Shown in pieces: positions 7,698-16,943 of a stretch of 32,000 nt of DNA. The first letter of the stretch is position 1. Every line of letters starts with the position of its first letter. The notes under the pieces were generated by a model. That model saw nothing but the letters and a program-made list of their open reading frames with translations, was not told where the DNA came from and searched no databases. This DNA comes from Cupriavidus necator (GTDB lineage: Bacteria > Pseudomonadota > Gammaproteobacteria > Burkholderiales > Burkholderiaceae): positions 510,001 to 542,000 of the forward strand of contig NZ_CP066019.1 of NCBI RefSeq assembly GCF_016127575.1. The letters are read 5' to 3'. The position numbers were made by a program, and so were the translations under genes.

Positions 7698-9074
7698 ATG
7701 TCTATCTCAAACCGCGCCGTCGGTGCCTCGGTGCTGGCCGTTTCCATGTTCGCGGGCCTGGCCGGATGCAGTAACCCGCCGGCTGCGGCGTTGGCTGCCG
7801 CGTCGGCTGTCTCGTCGGGCTCCGCGCCGGCCGCGGTGTCGGAACAGGACATCAACGATGCCTACATCTACCTGCTGGGCCGGCTGCTTGTCCTGCGCCA
7901 GCAGCAAATCGACTTCCGGAAAGAAGGTTTCCAGTGGAACCGGATCATTCATCGCGACGTCGGCGGTGTGTCGTGGGCCAACCCCAATCTGGATGTCGCC
8001 TACAGCGAGGCCTGGATTGCGGTCGACGAAAAGACCTGCACGGTCTTCAGCGTGCCGGCCATCAAGGGGCGCTACTACACCATTCAGTTCCTGAACGGCT
8101 GGGGCGAAACCGTCGCCAATATCAACGAACGCAACTATCCGGACCATCCAGGCGGCGAATTCGCGATGTGCCTGAAGGGTGCCACTGCGGCACTTTCGCC
8201 CAATGCCAGGCGCATCGACCTGCCGGGCAAGACCTCGCGGGTGCTGGCCCGGGTGGAAATCGGCGCAGACAAGAAGCAGGCCATTGCCCTGCAGCATCGG
8301 ATCACGACACGGATCACTGGCACGGCGACGATTGCCCCGGTACCTGCCACGCCCGCCTTCAGCAATGACAAGCTCCCCGGCGTTGAAGCCTTTGACTCGG
8401 CAGCCGTTGCGCTTCGCTCCGAGCCGGACATCAATCCGGGCATGGAGCCCATCCAGGCCAAGGTGCGCGCGGTGAGTGCCGCGGTGGCCAGCAGCCTCGC
8501 CGAACGCGCGCGGGTGGACAAGGTCATCCGCGAGAAGACGCTGCCGGCGTTCTTACAGTCGTTCTCCACCGCAGGTACCATCAGGAACGGCTGGAACCGG
8601 CCCGCTACCATCGGCAAGTACGGCAGCGACTTCCAGACCCGCACCCGCATCAACCTGGGCGGGATCTGGGCCAACAGCACGGATGAGGTCGTCTATTTCA
8701 AGACGGATGCAGACGGGACCGGCACCAAGCTCGACGGCGGCAATACCTACACCATCACCTTCCCGAAGGACGAGCTGCCCGCGCGCCACGTCAAATACTT
8801 CTGGTCGGTGATTGCGGTGGATGCCAAAAACTTCCGCGTGATCCCGAATGCGAAGAACCGGTTCCTGATCAACAAGCAGTCCAGGCTGAGCTATGGCGAG
8901 GACGGTTCGCTGACGCTGTACTTCGCGCCTGCCAGGCCGAAGGACGCGCCTGACGGCAACTGGCTGCCCACGCCCAAGGGAAAGAATTACCACCTGACGT
9001 TCCGGCTCTATGGGGCGGACCAGCCGGTCCTGTCCGGGGAGTGGTTCCCGGCGCCGCTGGTCAAGCGCAACTGA
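7698..9074 (+). CDS. DUF1254/DUF1214 domain lipoprotein
   Basis: The signal peptide has a lipobox (FAGLAGC). It is followed by RYYTIQFLNGWGE (DUF1254-like) and a C-terminal NWLPTPKGKNYHLTFRLYGA...W (DUF1214-like). An AAGAGAGGG Shine-Dalgarno-like sequence lies upstream. Confidence 0.75.
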   Translation: MSISNRAVGASVLAVSMFAGLAGCSNPPAAALAAASAVSSGSAPAAVSEQDINDAYIYLLGRLLVLRQQQIDFRKEGFQWNRIIHRDVGGVSWANPNLDVAYSEAWIAVDEKTCTVFSVPAIKGRYYTIQFLNGWGETVANINERNYPDHPGGEFAMCLKGATAALSPNARRIDLPGKTSRVLARVEIGADKKQAIALQHRITTRITGTATIAPVPATPAFSNDKLPGVEAFDSAAVALRSEPDINPGMEPIQAKVRAVSAAVASSLAERARVDKVIREKTLPAFLQSFSTAGTIRNGWNRPATIGKYGSDFQTRTRINLGGIWANSTDEVVYFKTDADGTGTKLDGGNTYTITFPKDELPARHVKYFWSVIAVDAKNFRVIPNAKNRFLINKQSRLSYGEDGSLTLYFAPARPKDAPDGNWLPTPKGKNYHLTFRLYGADQPVLSGEWFPAPLVKRN

Positions 9075-9114
9075 GCGGGCCAGTCTTGGCAGGAAGGCGC
9101 CTGCCAGTGCTGGC

Positions 9115-9480
9115 CTAATCCTCCGCCACCTCGCAAAACCGCAGCCGGTTCCCGAACGGATCGGCCACCTGCAGCATCCGCCCCCAGCCCACATCCTCCA
9201 CACCGGGCCTCGCGTACGGATAGTCCTTGGCAGACAGCTCCTGCTGCAGCGCATCGACATCCTCCACCGTCACGAACACCGTCGATCCGGGCGTGGCGTC
9301 GCCATAATGCTCGCTCAGGTGCAGCGTCAGGCCGCTGCGCCTGACCTGCGCGTACAGCGGAAATCCCTCTTCATACCGATGCTCCCAGTCGAGCGAGAAG
9401 CCGAGGAAGTCGAGGTAGAACTCCTTGGCCTTGTCGACCGAGAAGATCCGGAGGATGGGGATGCCGGCAGACAGGTTCAT
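9115..9480 (-). CDS. Glyoxalase/bleomycin-resistance (VOC) superfamily protein
   Basis: 121 aa. IPILRIFSVDKAKEFYLDFLGFSLDWEHR...LTLHLSEHYGD...FGNRLRF is typical of the bleomycin-resistance-like VOC fold. Confidence 0.8.
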   Translation of the reverse strand: MNLSAGIPILRIFSVDKAKEFYLDFLGFSLDWEHRYEEGFPLYAQVRRSGLTLHLSEHYGDATPGSTVFVTVEDVDALQQELSAKDYPYARPGVEDVGWGRMLQVADPFGNRLRFCEVAED

Positions 9481-9613
9481 GGTTTTCGTTCGGTAGTTGC
9501 GCAGGAATGGCAGATGATAGCGCCGGCCCGCGGTGATCCGCGCGCGCGGCGCATAAGCATCCGCGACAATCTTCGTTGGCTTTGTGCGGGCCCGTGACTA
9601 AGCTGGCGCTCCA

Positions 9614-10606
9614 ATGAAATCCCGGAACACCGCTATGAACCCGACCCACGACTCACGCCGCCGCCTGCTTCTGACGGCAGCGGGCGCCGCAGCTGCCGCC
9701 AGTGTGCTGCCAGGCGTCAGCTGGGGGCAAGGACAGACCGCGCTGCGCATCGGCTACCAGAAGTCCTCCACGCTGATGATCCTGCTGAAGTCGCGGCAGA
9801 CGCTGGAGAAGGCGCTGGCGCCCAAGGGGGTGACGGTGCAGTGGTACGAATTCACCTCGGGCTTGCCGCTGCTTGAAGCGCTGAACCTCGGCAATATCGA
9901 CCTGAGCGCCGACGTGGCCGATGCGGTGCCGCCGTTTGCGCTGGCCGCGGGTGCCGCGCTGACCTACTACGCCAGCGAGACGCCTTCGCCGCAGGCACAG
10001 GCCATTGTCGTGCGTGGCGACTCGCCGATCCGCGAGGTGGCGCAGCTCAAGGGGCAGCGGGTGGCATTTGCCAAGGGCGCAGGCGCGCACTACCTGGTGC
10101 TGGAAGCGCTGGCGCGCGCGGGTCTGTCGATCCGCGATATCGAACCGGCATACCTGAGCCCGGCCGACGCCCGCGCGGCGTTCGAGCGCGGCAGCGTGGC
10201 GGCATGGGTGATCTGGGACCCGTTCCTGGCCGCGGTGCAGCGCCAGGCCAATGCGCGCTTGCTGCGCGATGGCGAGGGGCTGGCCAGCTATCGGCGCTTC
10301 TACCTGGCGGCGACGCCGTTCGCGCGCGCGCATGCCGAGGTGCTTGAGGTGGTGTTCGATGCGTTGGGCGACGCGGGTGACTGGGTCAAGCGCAATCCGG
10401 CCGAGGCAGCGCGCTGGCATGCGCCACTGATCGGCCTGGATGCGGCCACCGTGGAAGCCGCGAACGCACGGCGCAGCTATGCGGTGCGCACGGTCGACGC
10501 CGCCGCGCTGGCCGAGCAGCAGCGCATCGCCGATGCCTTCACCGCGCAGCAGATCCTGCCGCGCAAGGTAGCGATTTCTTCTTCGCCAGTCTGGCGCAAG
10601 GCCTGA
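9614..10606 (+). CDS. SsuA/NMT1-like (aliphatic sulfonate type) periplasmic substrate-binding protein
   Basis: It has a Tat-like signal (SRRRLLLTAAGAAAAASVLP). ALRIGYQKSSTLMILLKSRQTLEKALAPKGVTVQWYEFTSGLPLLEALNLGNIDL is typical of SsuA-family binding proteins. No permease or ATPase gene is adjacent. Confidence 0.7.
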   Translation: MKSRNTAMNPTHDSRRRLLLTAAGAAAAASVLPGVSWGQGQTALRIGYQKSSTLMILLKSRQTLEKALAPKGVTVQWYEFTSGLPLLEALNLGNIDLSADVADAVPPFALAAGAALTYYASETPSPQAQAIVVRGDSPIREVAQLKGQRVAFAKGAGAHYLVLEALARAGLSIRDIEPAYLSPADARAAFERGSVAAWVIWDPFLAAVQRQANARLLRDGEGLASYRRFYLAATPFARAHAEVLEVVFDALGDAGDWVKRNPAEAARWHAPLIGLDAATVEAANARRSYAVRTVDAAALAEQQRIADAFTAQQILPRKVAISSSPVWRKA

Positions 10607-10637
10607 CCGGGTCCGAGCATCGCCCGTCAGGGAAGCG

Positions 10638-11573
10638 TCATATGCCAGCGGGCACGCCATCCTGTGCAAGCCCGGCGAACGTATTTGCCAGCCACATCAG
10701 GCCCGCATCATTGTCCCTTGCCGCGGACCAGACTGCGGTCACCGTGAAGTCAGGCATCGGCACGGGGCAGGGAAGCTGGCGCAGGCCTTCGGTGGCGCAC
10801 CATTGGTCCGCCAGCACCGCCGGCACCGTTGCCAGTGCAGCGGTTCCCTTCAGGATGGCCGGTACGCTGGCGAAGCGCGCACTGCTGTAGCGCACGTCCC
10901 GCGCCTGGCCCTGGGTGGCCAGCCACGTATCGGCGGTGCTGTCGAAAGCGCCGCGATATGACACCAGCACATGCGGAAACCGCAGATAGTCTTGCAGCGA
11001 CAGGATCTGGCAGGCATCCAGCGGCGCGGCCCCATAGACGCAGCGAAAGCCCATGGTCTGCCAGGCGCGCTCGCGCCGCCATGCCGCGCCCTTGGCGAAT
11101 GGCCCGATACCGAGGTCCATCTCATTGCGCTCGAGCATCTCGGTGCCACGGAACGGGTCCGTCGGCACGATGGCCAGTCGCACGCCCGGCGCGCAGGTGC
11201 TGAGGCTCGGCAGAATGCGCGGCGCGAGCCATAGCTCCACCCAGTCCGGCATCCCGACCACGAAAGTCCGGTCCGACGTAAGCGGGTCGAAGTCGCGCCG
11301 CTGCAGCAGGGCGGCCTCGATCTCGCCGAGGGCCGGCAGCAGGCGCCGCTCGAGTTCCAGTGCGCGCTCGGTCGGCTCCATGCCGTGAGCGGTGCGTACC
11401 AGCAACGGGTCGTCGAACATCTCCCGCAGCCGTGCCAGTGCACCGCTGACGGCTGGCTGTCCCAGGTGCAGGCGCGCCGCGGCGCGCGAGACGCTGCGCT
11501 CGCGCAGCAGCACGGTCAGCGTTACCATCAGGTTCAGGTCGACGCCGCGAAAATGGCCTTCCTTAATGCTCAT
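10638..11573 (-). CDS. LysR-family transcriptional regulator
   Basis: The N-terminal HTH is DLNLMVTLTVLLRERSVSRAAARLHLGQPAVSGALARLRE. A LysR substrate-binding-type C-terminus follows. Confidence 0.9.
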   Translation of the reverse strand: MSIKEGHFRGVDLNLMVTLTVLLRERSVSRAAARLHLGQPAVSGALARLREMFDDPLLVRTAHGMEPTERALELERRLLPALGEIEAALLQRRDFDPLTSDRTFVVGMPDWVELWLAPRILPSLSTCAPGVRLAIVPTDPFRGTEMLERNEMDLGIGPFAKGAAWRRERAWQTMGFRCVYGAAPLDACQILSLQDYLRFPHVLVSYRGAFDSTADTWLATQGQARDVRYSSARFASVPAILKGTAALATVPAVLADQWCATEGLRQLPCPVPMPDFTVTAVWSAARDNDAGLMWLANTFAGLAQDGVPAGI

Positions 11574-11639
11574 CTGCTACCCTCCCCCGCAGATAGGGCA
11601 TTGGAACATCGCGTGCAATCCGCGGCAAGCCGGCCGTCG

Positions 11640-13139
11640 TCATGCCAGGGCCGGCGTGCTGACGGGTGGGCGGCGGTGCCCGGTCGCGCGCTCGAAGGCC
11701 GACGCAATGGCCAGCAGCACGGCATCGCTGCGTGGACGTCCAAGCCACGACACCCCGGCTGGGATGTCAGCCGACGTGAATCCCATGGGTACGCTGACCT
11801 CCGGAAAGCCGCTGGCGCTTGCCATATGCATTGCCGCCAGCGGCTGCTGCGCCCGGCAATGGTAAGTGGCGTCCGCCATGTCAAAGCGCGGCGAGGCCGG
11901 GCAGGCCAGCGTGGGAAATACCAGGGCCTCCAGGCCACGCCCGCGCAGGATGTCGTCGAGCATGGCGCCGAAGCGGCGTGCCGCTGCAACATTGGCTTGG
12001 GGCAGCGTGTCTCGCATCTCGAACGCATGCCGCAGCGCGGCAAGCGTAAGCGGGTTCATTTGGTGCGCATCCGTGGAGAGGTCCGTGGTGGTGATGTGCG
12101 CCAGCAGTGCGGCCGTGCTGGCCGGAGCACCGCCCGGCAACTGTCCCAGGTAGGCATCGAGCCCACGCACCCATTCCGCTTGTACGATAGCGTCCAGCAG
12201 GTCGGCGTAGAGCGTGAGCGCCAATGCCGGCAGACGCACGGGTATCGTCACGGCGCCCGCCGCCCGCATCGCCTCCGTTGCGGTTGCAAAGAGCGCGTCG
12301 ACCTCGTCGCTGCCTCCGGCGAAGTCGGTCACGATGCCCAGCCTGCGGCCAGCCAGCGACGCCGGCTGTGCGATAACGCCTGAGCCCGGCACCAGTGCAT
12401 CCAGGACCATGGCCGCATCGTCGGCGTTACGGGCCAAGGGCCCGACGATATCGAACGATGTGGCCAGCGGCAGTACGCCGGCCGACTCCACCAGGTCATG
12501 CGTAGGCCGGATACCGGCCAGCGCATGCACGCATGCCGGACCGCGCACGGAGCCGAACGAATCGGTCCCCAGCCCGAACGCCGCGAAATTGGCCGCCACT
12601 GCCGCACCGGTGCCGCTGCTGGAACCGCTGGCGTTGCGGGATAAGCGATAGGGGTTCAACGTCAGGCCGTTGGCAGAGCTGTACCCGAAGCGCCCGTTAG
12701 AGGCGGCCAGTTCCGACATGTTGGTCTTGGCCAGTACGATGGCACCGGCCGCGCGCAGGCGCGCCACGCAGGCCGCGTCGGCGCGCGGGTAGGCCTGCCG
12801 CAGTGCCGCGCAGCCGGCAGTGGTCGGCATGCCGACAGTATCGATATTGTCCTTGACCACCATCGGTATGCCGTGCAGAGGCCCGCGCGGGCCGTGCGTG
12901 CGCAGTTCGTCGTCCAGGACTCGCGCCTCGTGCATGGCAGCGGGATTGATGCAACTGATCGCATTGATGCGCGGCCCGTCCTTGTCGAAGGCGGCGATAC
13001 GCGCGAGGTAGTAGTCCACCAGACCCGCTGCGCTGATCCGGCCGGCGTGCATGGCGGCGGCGAGTTCCCCGATGGAGGCCTCGAGAAGGTCGAAACGATC
13101 AGGCACAAGGCGAGGGGCGGCAGCAGGCATCGGAGTCAT
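11640..13139 (-). CDS. Amidase (amidase-signature family)
   Basis: It carries the AS-family motif GSSSGTGAAVAANFAAFGLGTDSFGSVRGPA. The track start at 13145 is a TTG codon, so I place the start at the first ATG (13137-13139). The ATG at 13128-13130 is equally possible, and no clear SD precedes either. Confidence 0.85.
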   Translation of the reverse strand: MTPMPAAAPRLVPDRFDLLEASIGELAAAMHAGRISAAGLVDYYLARIAAFDKDGPRINAISCINPAAMHEARVLDDELRTHGPRGPLHGIPMVVKDNIDTVGMPTTAGCAALRQAYPRADAACVARLRAAGAIVLAKTNMSELAASNGRFGYSSANGLTLNPYRLSRNASGSSSGTGAAVAANFAAFGLGTDSFGSVRGPACVHALAGIRPTHDLVESAGVLPLATSFDIVGPLARNADDAAMVLDALVPGSGVIAQPASLAGRRLGIVTDFAGGSDEVDALFATATEAMRAAGAVTIPVRLPALALTLYADLLDAIVQAEWVRGLDAYLGQLPGGAPASTAALLAHITTTDLSTDAHQMNPLTLAALRHAFEMRDTLPQANVAAARRFGAMLDDILRGRGLEALVFPTLACPASPRFDMADATYHCRAQQPLAAMHMASASGFPEVSVPMGFTSADIPAGVSWLGRPRSDAVLLAIASAFERATGHRRPPVSTPALA

Positions 13140-13229
13140 CGGCAATCAGGCGGCATGACGCCAGTATTGGTGCAGCCGTGCCGGCAGGCAATGGAAGTTT
13201 TGTCCATGCTTCTTTCCTTCAGGGAATGA

Positions 13230-14207
13230 ATGGATGACAATGCCAGCACGCGAACGGCCCCTCAAACCGAAGTCGGCTTCCCGTCACGCCCTACCGCCAT
13301 GAAAAGTACAAACGGCCGCCACCTGCCTGCGCTGGCGAACCTGATCGCATTCGAGACCACGGCCCGCACGGGCAGCGTCACCGGGGCGGCCGAGGAACTC
13401 TGCCTGACGCAGAGCGCGGTCAGCAAGCAGATCACCGAGCTGGAATCGTTCCTCGGCGCGCGCATGCTGAACCGGCGCAAAGGCGCGGTGGCGGCGACAC
13501 CCGCGGGCGAGGATTACCTCAGGAACGTGCGCAAGGCGCTGGCGCTGCTGGAGGAAGCGACCATGGAGGTGCAGTCCGGCCGCGCCGCGGGCGGGCGGCT
13601 GAACCTGTCGGTGCCGGTTTCGCTGGGCAATATCTGGCTGTTGCCGCGCATTCTCAGGTTCGTCAAGGCGCAGCCGCAGATCCAGCTAAACGTCACGACC
13701 AAGGTGGGGCCGGTCGACCTGGAAAGCACCGGGCTCGATGCGGCGATCATGTATTGCGCGGGGCCGCCGCCACGCCATTTCAGCCTGAAGGTCATGCCGC
13801 TGGTGCTCTATCCGATGTGCGCGCCTGAGTTGCTGCCTGGCGGCGGAACGCTGGCCAAGGCCGTGAAGCGCTTGCCGCTGCTGCACCAGATCGCCGCGCT
13901 GGAGGCCTGGCCCGCCTATCTCCGGCAGGCCGGGATCAAGCTGCCGCATCCCGACGACGGCTCACGCTATGGTCTGCTGACCATGGGTCTGCAGGCCGCC
14001 GTCAGCGGCATGGGCGTGGCCCTGCTGCCCGATTATGTGGCGGGTGAAGACATCAAGGCCGGCCGGCTGCTGCGCCTGTCCGACGAGCCCTATGTCTCAC
14101 CCAAGGCCTACTACTTCATCTGTCCGGAGGACAAGCGCGACAACCCGGCGATGCAGACCTTCATCGCGTGGCTGCTTGAGCAAAGCGCCGATGCAAGCGG
14201 GCGCTAG
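13230..14207 (+). CDS. LysR-family (GcvA-like) transcriptional regulator, divergent from the amidase gene
   Basis: The HTH is LANLIAFETTARTGSVTGAAEELCLTQSAVSKQITELE. The start is ambiguous: the ATG at 13230 or the internal ATG at 13299 (MKSTNGR...). Confidence 0.85.
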   Translation: MDDNASTRTAPQTEVGFPSRPTAMKSTNGRHLPALANLIAFETTARTGSVTGAAEELCLTQSAVSKQITELESFLGARMLNRRKGAVAATPAGEDYLRNVRKALALLEEATMEVQSGRAAGGRLNLSVPVSLGNIWLLPRILRFVKAQPQIQLNVTTKVGPVDLESTGLDAAIMYCAGPPPRHFSLKVMPLVLYPMCAPELLPGGGTLAKAVKRLPLLHQIAALEAWPAYLRQAGIKLPHPDDGSRYGLLTMGLQAAVSGMGVALLPDYVAGEDIKAGRLLRLSDEPYVSPKAYYFICPEDKRDNPAMQTFIAWLLEQSADASGR

Positions 14208-14220
14208 GTGAAGCGCGTCC

Positions 14221-15690
14221 TCAGCCGGCCTGGTCCGCCTTCACCAGGGTGGAAGTGACGAAGCGCCCGGGACGGGTGCTGGCCGGCAGGCCGTCGCGCA
14301 GGGTGGCCTCACCGGCGACGAACACATGCCGCACGCCCACTGACGGCTGCTGCGGGTCGTCGAAGGTGGCGCGGTCCTGGATCGTTGCCGGATCGAAGAC
14401 GGTGATGTCGGCGACATGGCCCGGCCTGAGTTCTCCACGCCGCTCCAGTCCAAAGCGCTGCGCCGGCAGTCCGGTCATCTTGTGGACCGCGCGTTCCAGC
14501 GGGAACAGGCCCAGGTCGCGCGAGTACAGCCCCAGCACGCGCGGGAACGTGCCCCACAGCCGCGGGTGTGGGGTTTCGTCGGAGGGAATGCCGTCTGAGC
14601 CGACCATCGTGTCCGGATAGGTCAGGATGTCGCGGACGTCCGTCTCGTCCATGATGAAGTAAACCGCGCCGCCTGGTACCAGCTGCCTTGCAACCTCATG
14701 GCGCGTCTGCCCCCACTCCTGCGCCAGGTCCTCCAGGTAGCGCCCCGCGGCCTCAGGGTGCGGGGCCGACCACGTGATCAGGATGCGGTCGCACTGATGC
14801 ACCCGTTCGGGCCGCAGCATGGTCGATGACGCCGCATACGGATAGCAGTCCAGGCACAGCGGCATGGTTTCGGCCAGGTTGCGCACCTGGGCCAGGGTAT
14901 GGCGGCTGCGGCCATGGTTCTGCTTGCCTACCAGCTTGTGGTGCGAGATGACGGTCGATACGCCCAGCGCCTTGCCAATGCGCGCGGTCTCGTCGATCGA
15001 CTCGCTGATGTTGTCGCTCTCATCGCGCATATGCGACACCAGCACACCGCCGAGCCGCTTCATCGGCTCGCACATGCGCACGATTTCATCCTCGGGTGCC
15101 GCGGCCGAAGGCGGATAGAAGGTGCCGGTGGACACTCCGATCGCGCCTTGGCGCAGGGCGTTCTCCACATCCTGGCGCATGCTCTCGATCTCGGCATCGC
15201 TGGCGGGCAGGCCGAGCTGTCCCATGCGCCTGGCGCGCAGCGTGGACTGCCCCACCAGCACCGCGACATTCACAGCCGCCGGCCGCACCGCAAACGCTTC
15301 CCGGTAGGCGCGCACAGAATCGAAGCGGTAGCCGCCACGCATGATGTCGAGCGGAGCCGGCGGAATGCTGTCGGTGACCAGCGGGAACAGGCTGATGCCG
15401 CAGTTGCCCGCGATGATGGTGGTCACGCCCTGCGTGACCTTCGGCAGCATGTCGGGGGACTGGAACACCATCCAGTCGTCGTGCGTGTGCGTGTCGATGA
15501 ACCCAGGCGCTACGATCAGGCCGGTGGCATCGACTTCGGTATCTGCCCGCGCTGCCGCGAGGTTGCCGATGGCGACGATCTCGCCATCCGCCACGCCGAC
15601 GTCGGCCGTGCGGCGCGGCGCGCCGGTGCCGTCGATGACGTCGCCATTGCGGATGATCAGTTTGAAGTGCAGGTCTTGGTGCGTTTGCAT
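14221..15690 (-). CDS. N-acyl-D-amino-acid deacylase (D-aminoacylase), amidohydrolase superfamily
   Basis: MQTHQDLHFKLIIRNGDVIDGTGAP...APGFIDTHTHDD (metal-binding HxH)...GVTTIIAGNCG is typical of the family. The start is the ATG at 15688-15690, 12 nt after the upstream Bug gene's stop. Confidence 0.8.
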   Translation of the reverse strand: MQTHQDLHFKLIIRNGDVIDGTGAPRRTADVGVADGEIVAIGNLAAARADTEVDATGLIVAPGFIDTHTHDDWMVFQSPDMLPKVTQGVTTIIAGNCGISLFPLVTDSIPPAPLDIMRGGYRFDSVRAYREAFAVRPAAVNVAVLVGQSTLRARRMGQLGLPASDAEIESMRQDVENALRQGAIGVSTGTFYPPSAAAPEDEIVRMCEPMKRLGGVLVSHMRDESDNISESIDETARIGKALGVSTVISHHKLVGKQNHGRSRHTLAQVRNLAETMPLCLDCYPYAASSTMLRPERVHQCDRILITWSAPHPEAAGRYLEDLAQEWGQTRHEVARQLVPGGAVYFIMDETDVRDILTYPDTMVGSDGIPSDETPHPRLWGTFPRVLGLYSRDLGLFPLERAVHKMTGLPAQRFGLERRGELRPGHVADITVFDPATIQDRATFDDPQQPSVGVRHVFVAGEATLRDGLPASTRPGRFVTSTLVKADQAG

Positions 15691-15701
15691 GGTGTTCTCT
15701 C

Positions 15702-16676
15702 TCAATCGACCCTGGCGCCGCTCTTGCGCACCAGCTCGCCGAACTTGACGGTCTCGCTCGCGATCAGCGCCTGGAAGTCGCGCGCGGTGCCGCCCAGCGG
15801 ATCGAATGAGAGCTTGTCCAGTTGGGCACGGAATGCCGGGTCATTGATGATCGCGTTGATTTCCCGGTTGATCCGCTCAATCACCTCGGTGGGAGTGCCC
15901 GGCGCGGCAACCAGGCCCGCCCATGCCGTCAGTTCATAGCCCTTGAGGCCGGCCTCCGCCATGGTGGGCAAATCCGGGAAGTGCGGCGAGCGCTTGCTTG
16001 AGGTCACCGCCAGCGCGCGTACGCGGTTGGACGTCACGTACGGTCCGATCGAAGGCACATTGTCGAACATCAACTGCACGTTGTTGCCGACCAGGTCCTG
16101 CAGCGCCGGCGTGCTGCCCTTGTAGGGCACGTGTGTGATGCTGAGATTGGCCATGACCTTGAACAGCTCGCCGCCCAGGTGGCTGGTGGTGCCGTTGCCC
16201 GCCGAGCCCATGGAGAGCTTGCCCGGATTGGCGCGGGAGTATGCCACCAGTTCCCCGGTGGACTTGACCGGTAGCGACGGATTGACGGCGAGGATGTTGA
16301 AGGTCGTGACCAGGCCGACGATGGGCACCAGCTTGTCCGGATCGTAGGGGAGCTTGCTGTAAAGGAAGCGATTGGTCGACAGCGTGGCATTGTTGCCGTA
16401 GCCGATCGTATAGCCGTCCGACGGTGCGGCCAGCAGCGCCTGCATGCCGATATTTCCGCCCGCGCCCGGCCGGTTCTCGACGATTACGGCCTGGCCGAGG
16501 CGCCTGGACAGCGCATCGCCGAACAGGCGCGCGACGATGTCCGGCGCGCCGCCCGGCGCGGTCGGCACGATCAGGCGCACCGGCTTCTCCGGCCACGCCG
16601 CTTGCACGGCCGCCGGTGCCCATGGCAGCGCGCCGAAGATCCCCGCGGCCAGGACTTGAACTGCTGACTTCCTCAT
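15702..16676 (-). CDS. Bug-family (TctC-like) tripartite tricarboxylate transporter substrate-binding protein
   Basis: A signal peptide (MRKSAVQVLAAGIFGALPWAPAAVQA) is followed by WPEKPVRLIVPTAPGGAPDIVARL...VIVENRPGAGGNIG, the hallmark Bug motif. The start is the ATG at 16674-16676 with GGGAG upstream. The track ORF extends to 16985. Confidence 0.9.
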   Translation of the reverse strand: MRKSAVQVLAAGIFGALPWAPAAVQAAWPEKPVRLIVPTAPGGAPDIVARLFGDALSRRLGQAVIVENRPGAGGNIGMQALLAAPSDGYTIGYGNNATLSTNRFLYSKLPYDPDKLVPIVGLVTTFNILAVNPSLPVKSTGELVAYSRANPGKLSMGSAGNGTTSHLGGELFKVMANLSITHVPYKGSTPALQDLVGNNVQLMFDNVPSIGPYVTSNRVRALAVTSSKRSPHFPDLPTMAEAGLKGYELTAWAGLVAAPGTPTEVIERINREINAIINDPAFRAQLDKLSFDPLGGTARDFQALIASETVKFGELVRKSGARVD

Positions 16677-16819
16677 GCTGACTCCCTCGTCGTCGTGGTG
16701 TAACTGTGGACGAGTATCGGCGACGGCCCCGTGCGGGCCTAGTGAAGTTTTTTGATGCGATAGTTTCCGTGGCGGAATGAATGACGCGGGCGCCACAGGG
16801 CTCGCGCGGCCTCCGCTGC

Positions 16820-16840
16820 GGTATCGCCTGTAGCGATACC
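16820..16840. promoter_or_regulatory. Perfect 8-5-8 palindrome (candidate operator) in the divergent Bug/D-aminoacylase and MBL-hydrolase promoter region
   Basis: ggtatcgc-ctgta-gcgatacc. It contains a T-N11-A arrangement (TCGCCTGTAGCGA) of the type used by LysR-family regulators. Confidence 0.35.
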
Positions 16841-16943
16841 GGCAATCATTCCAATCGATTTGTGCGATGCCGTCGCGGCCGCCAGAATCCTGCACAACAC
16901 GCGGGCATCCCTTTCGCTCGCGGTCATTTTCCAGGCAAACACA

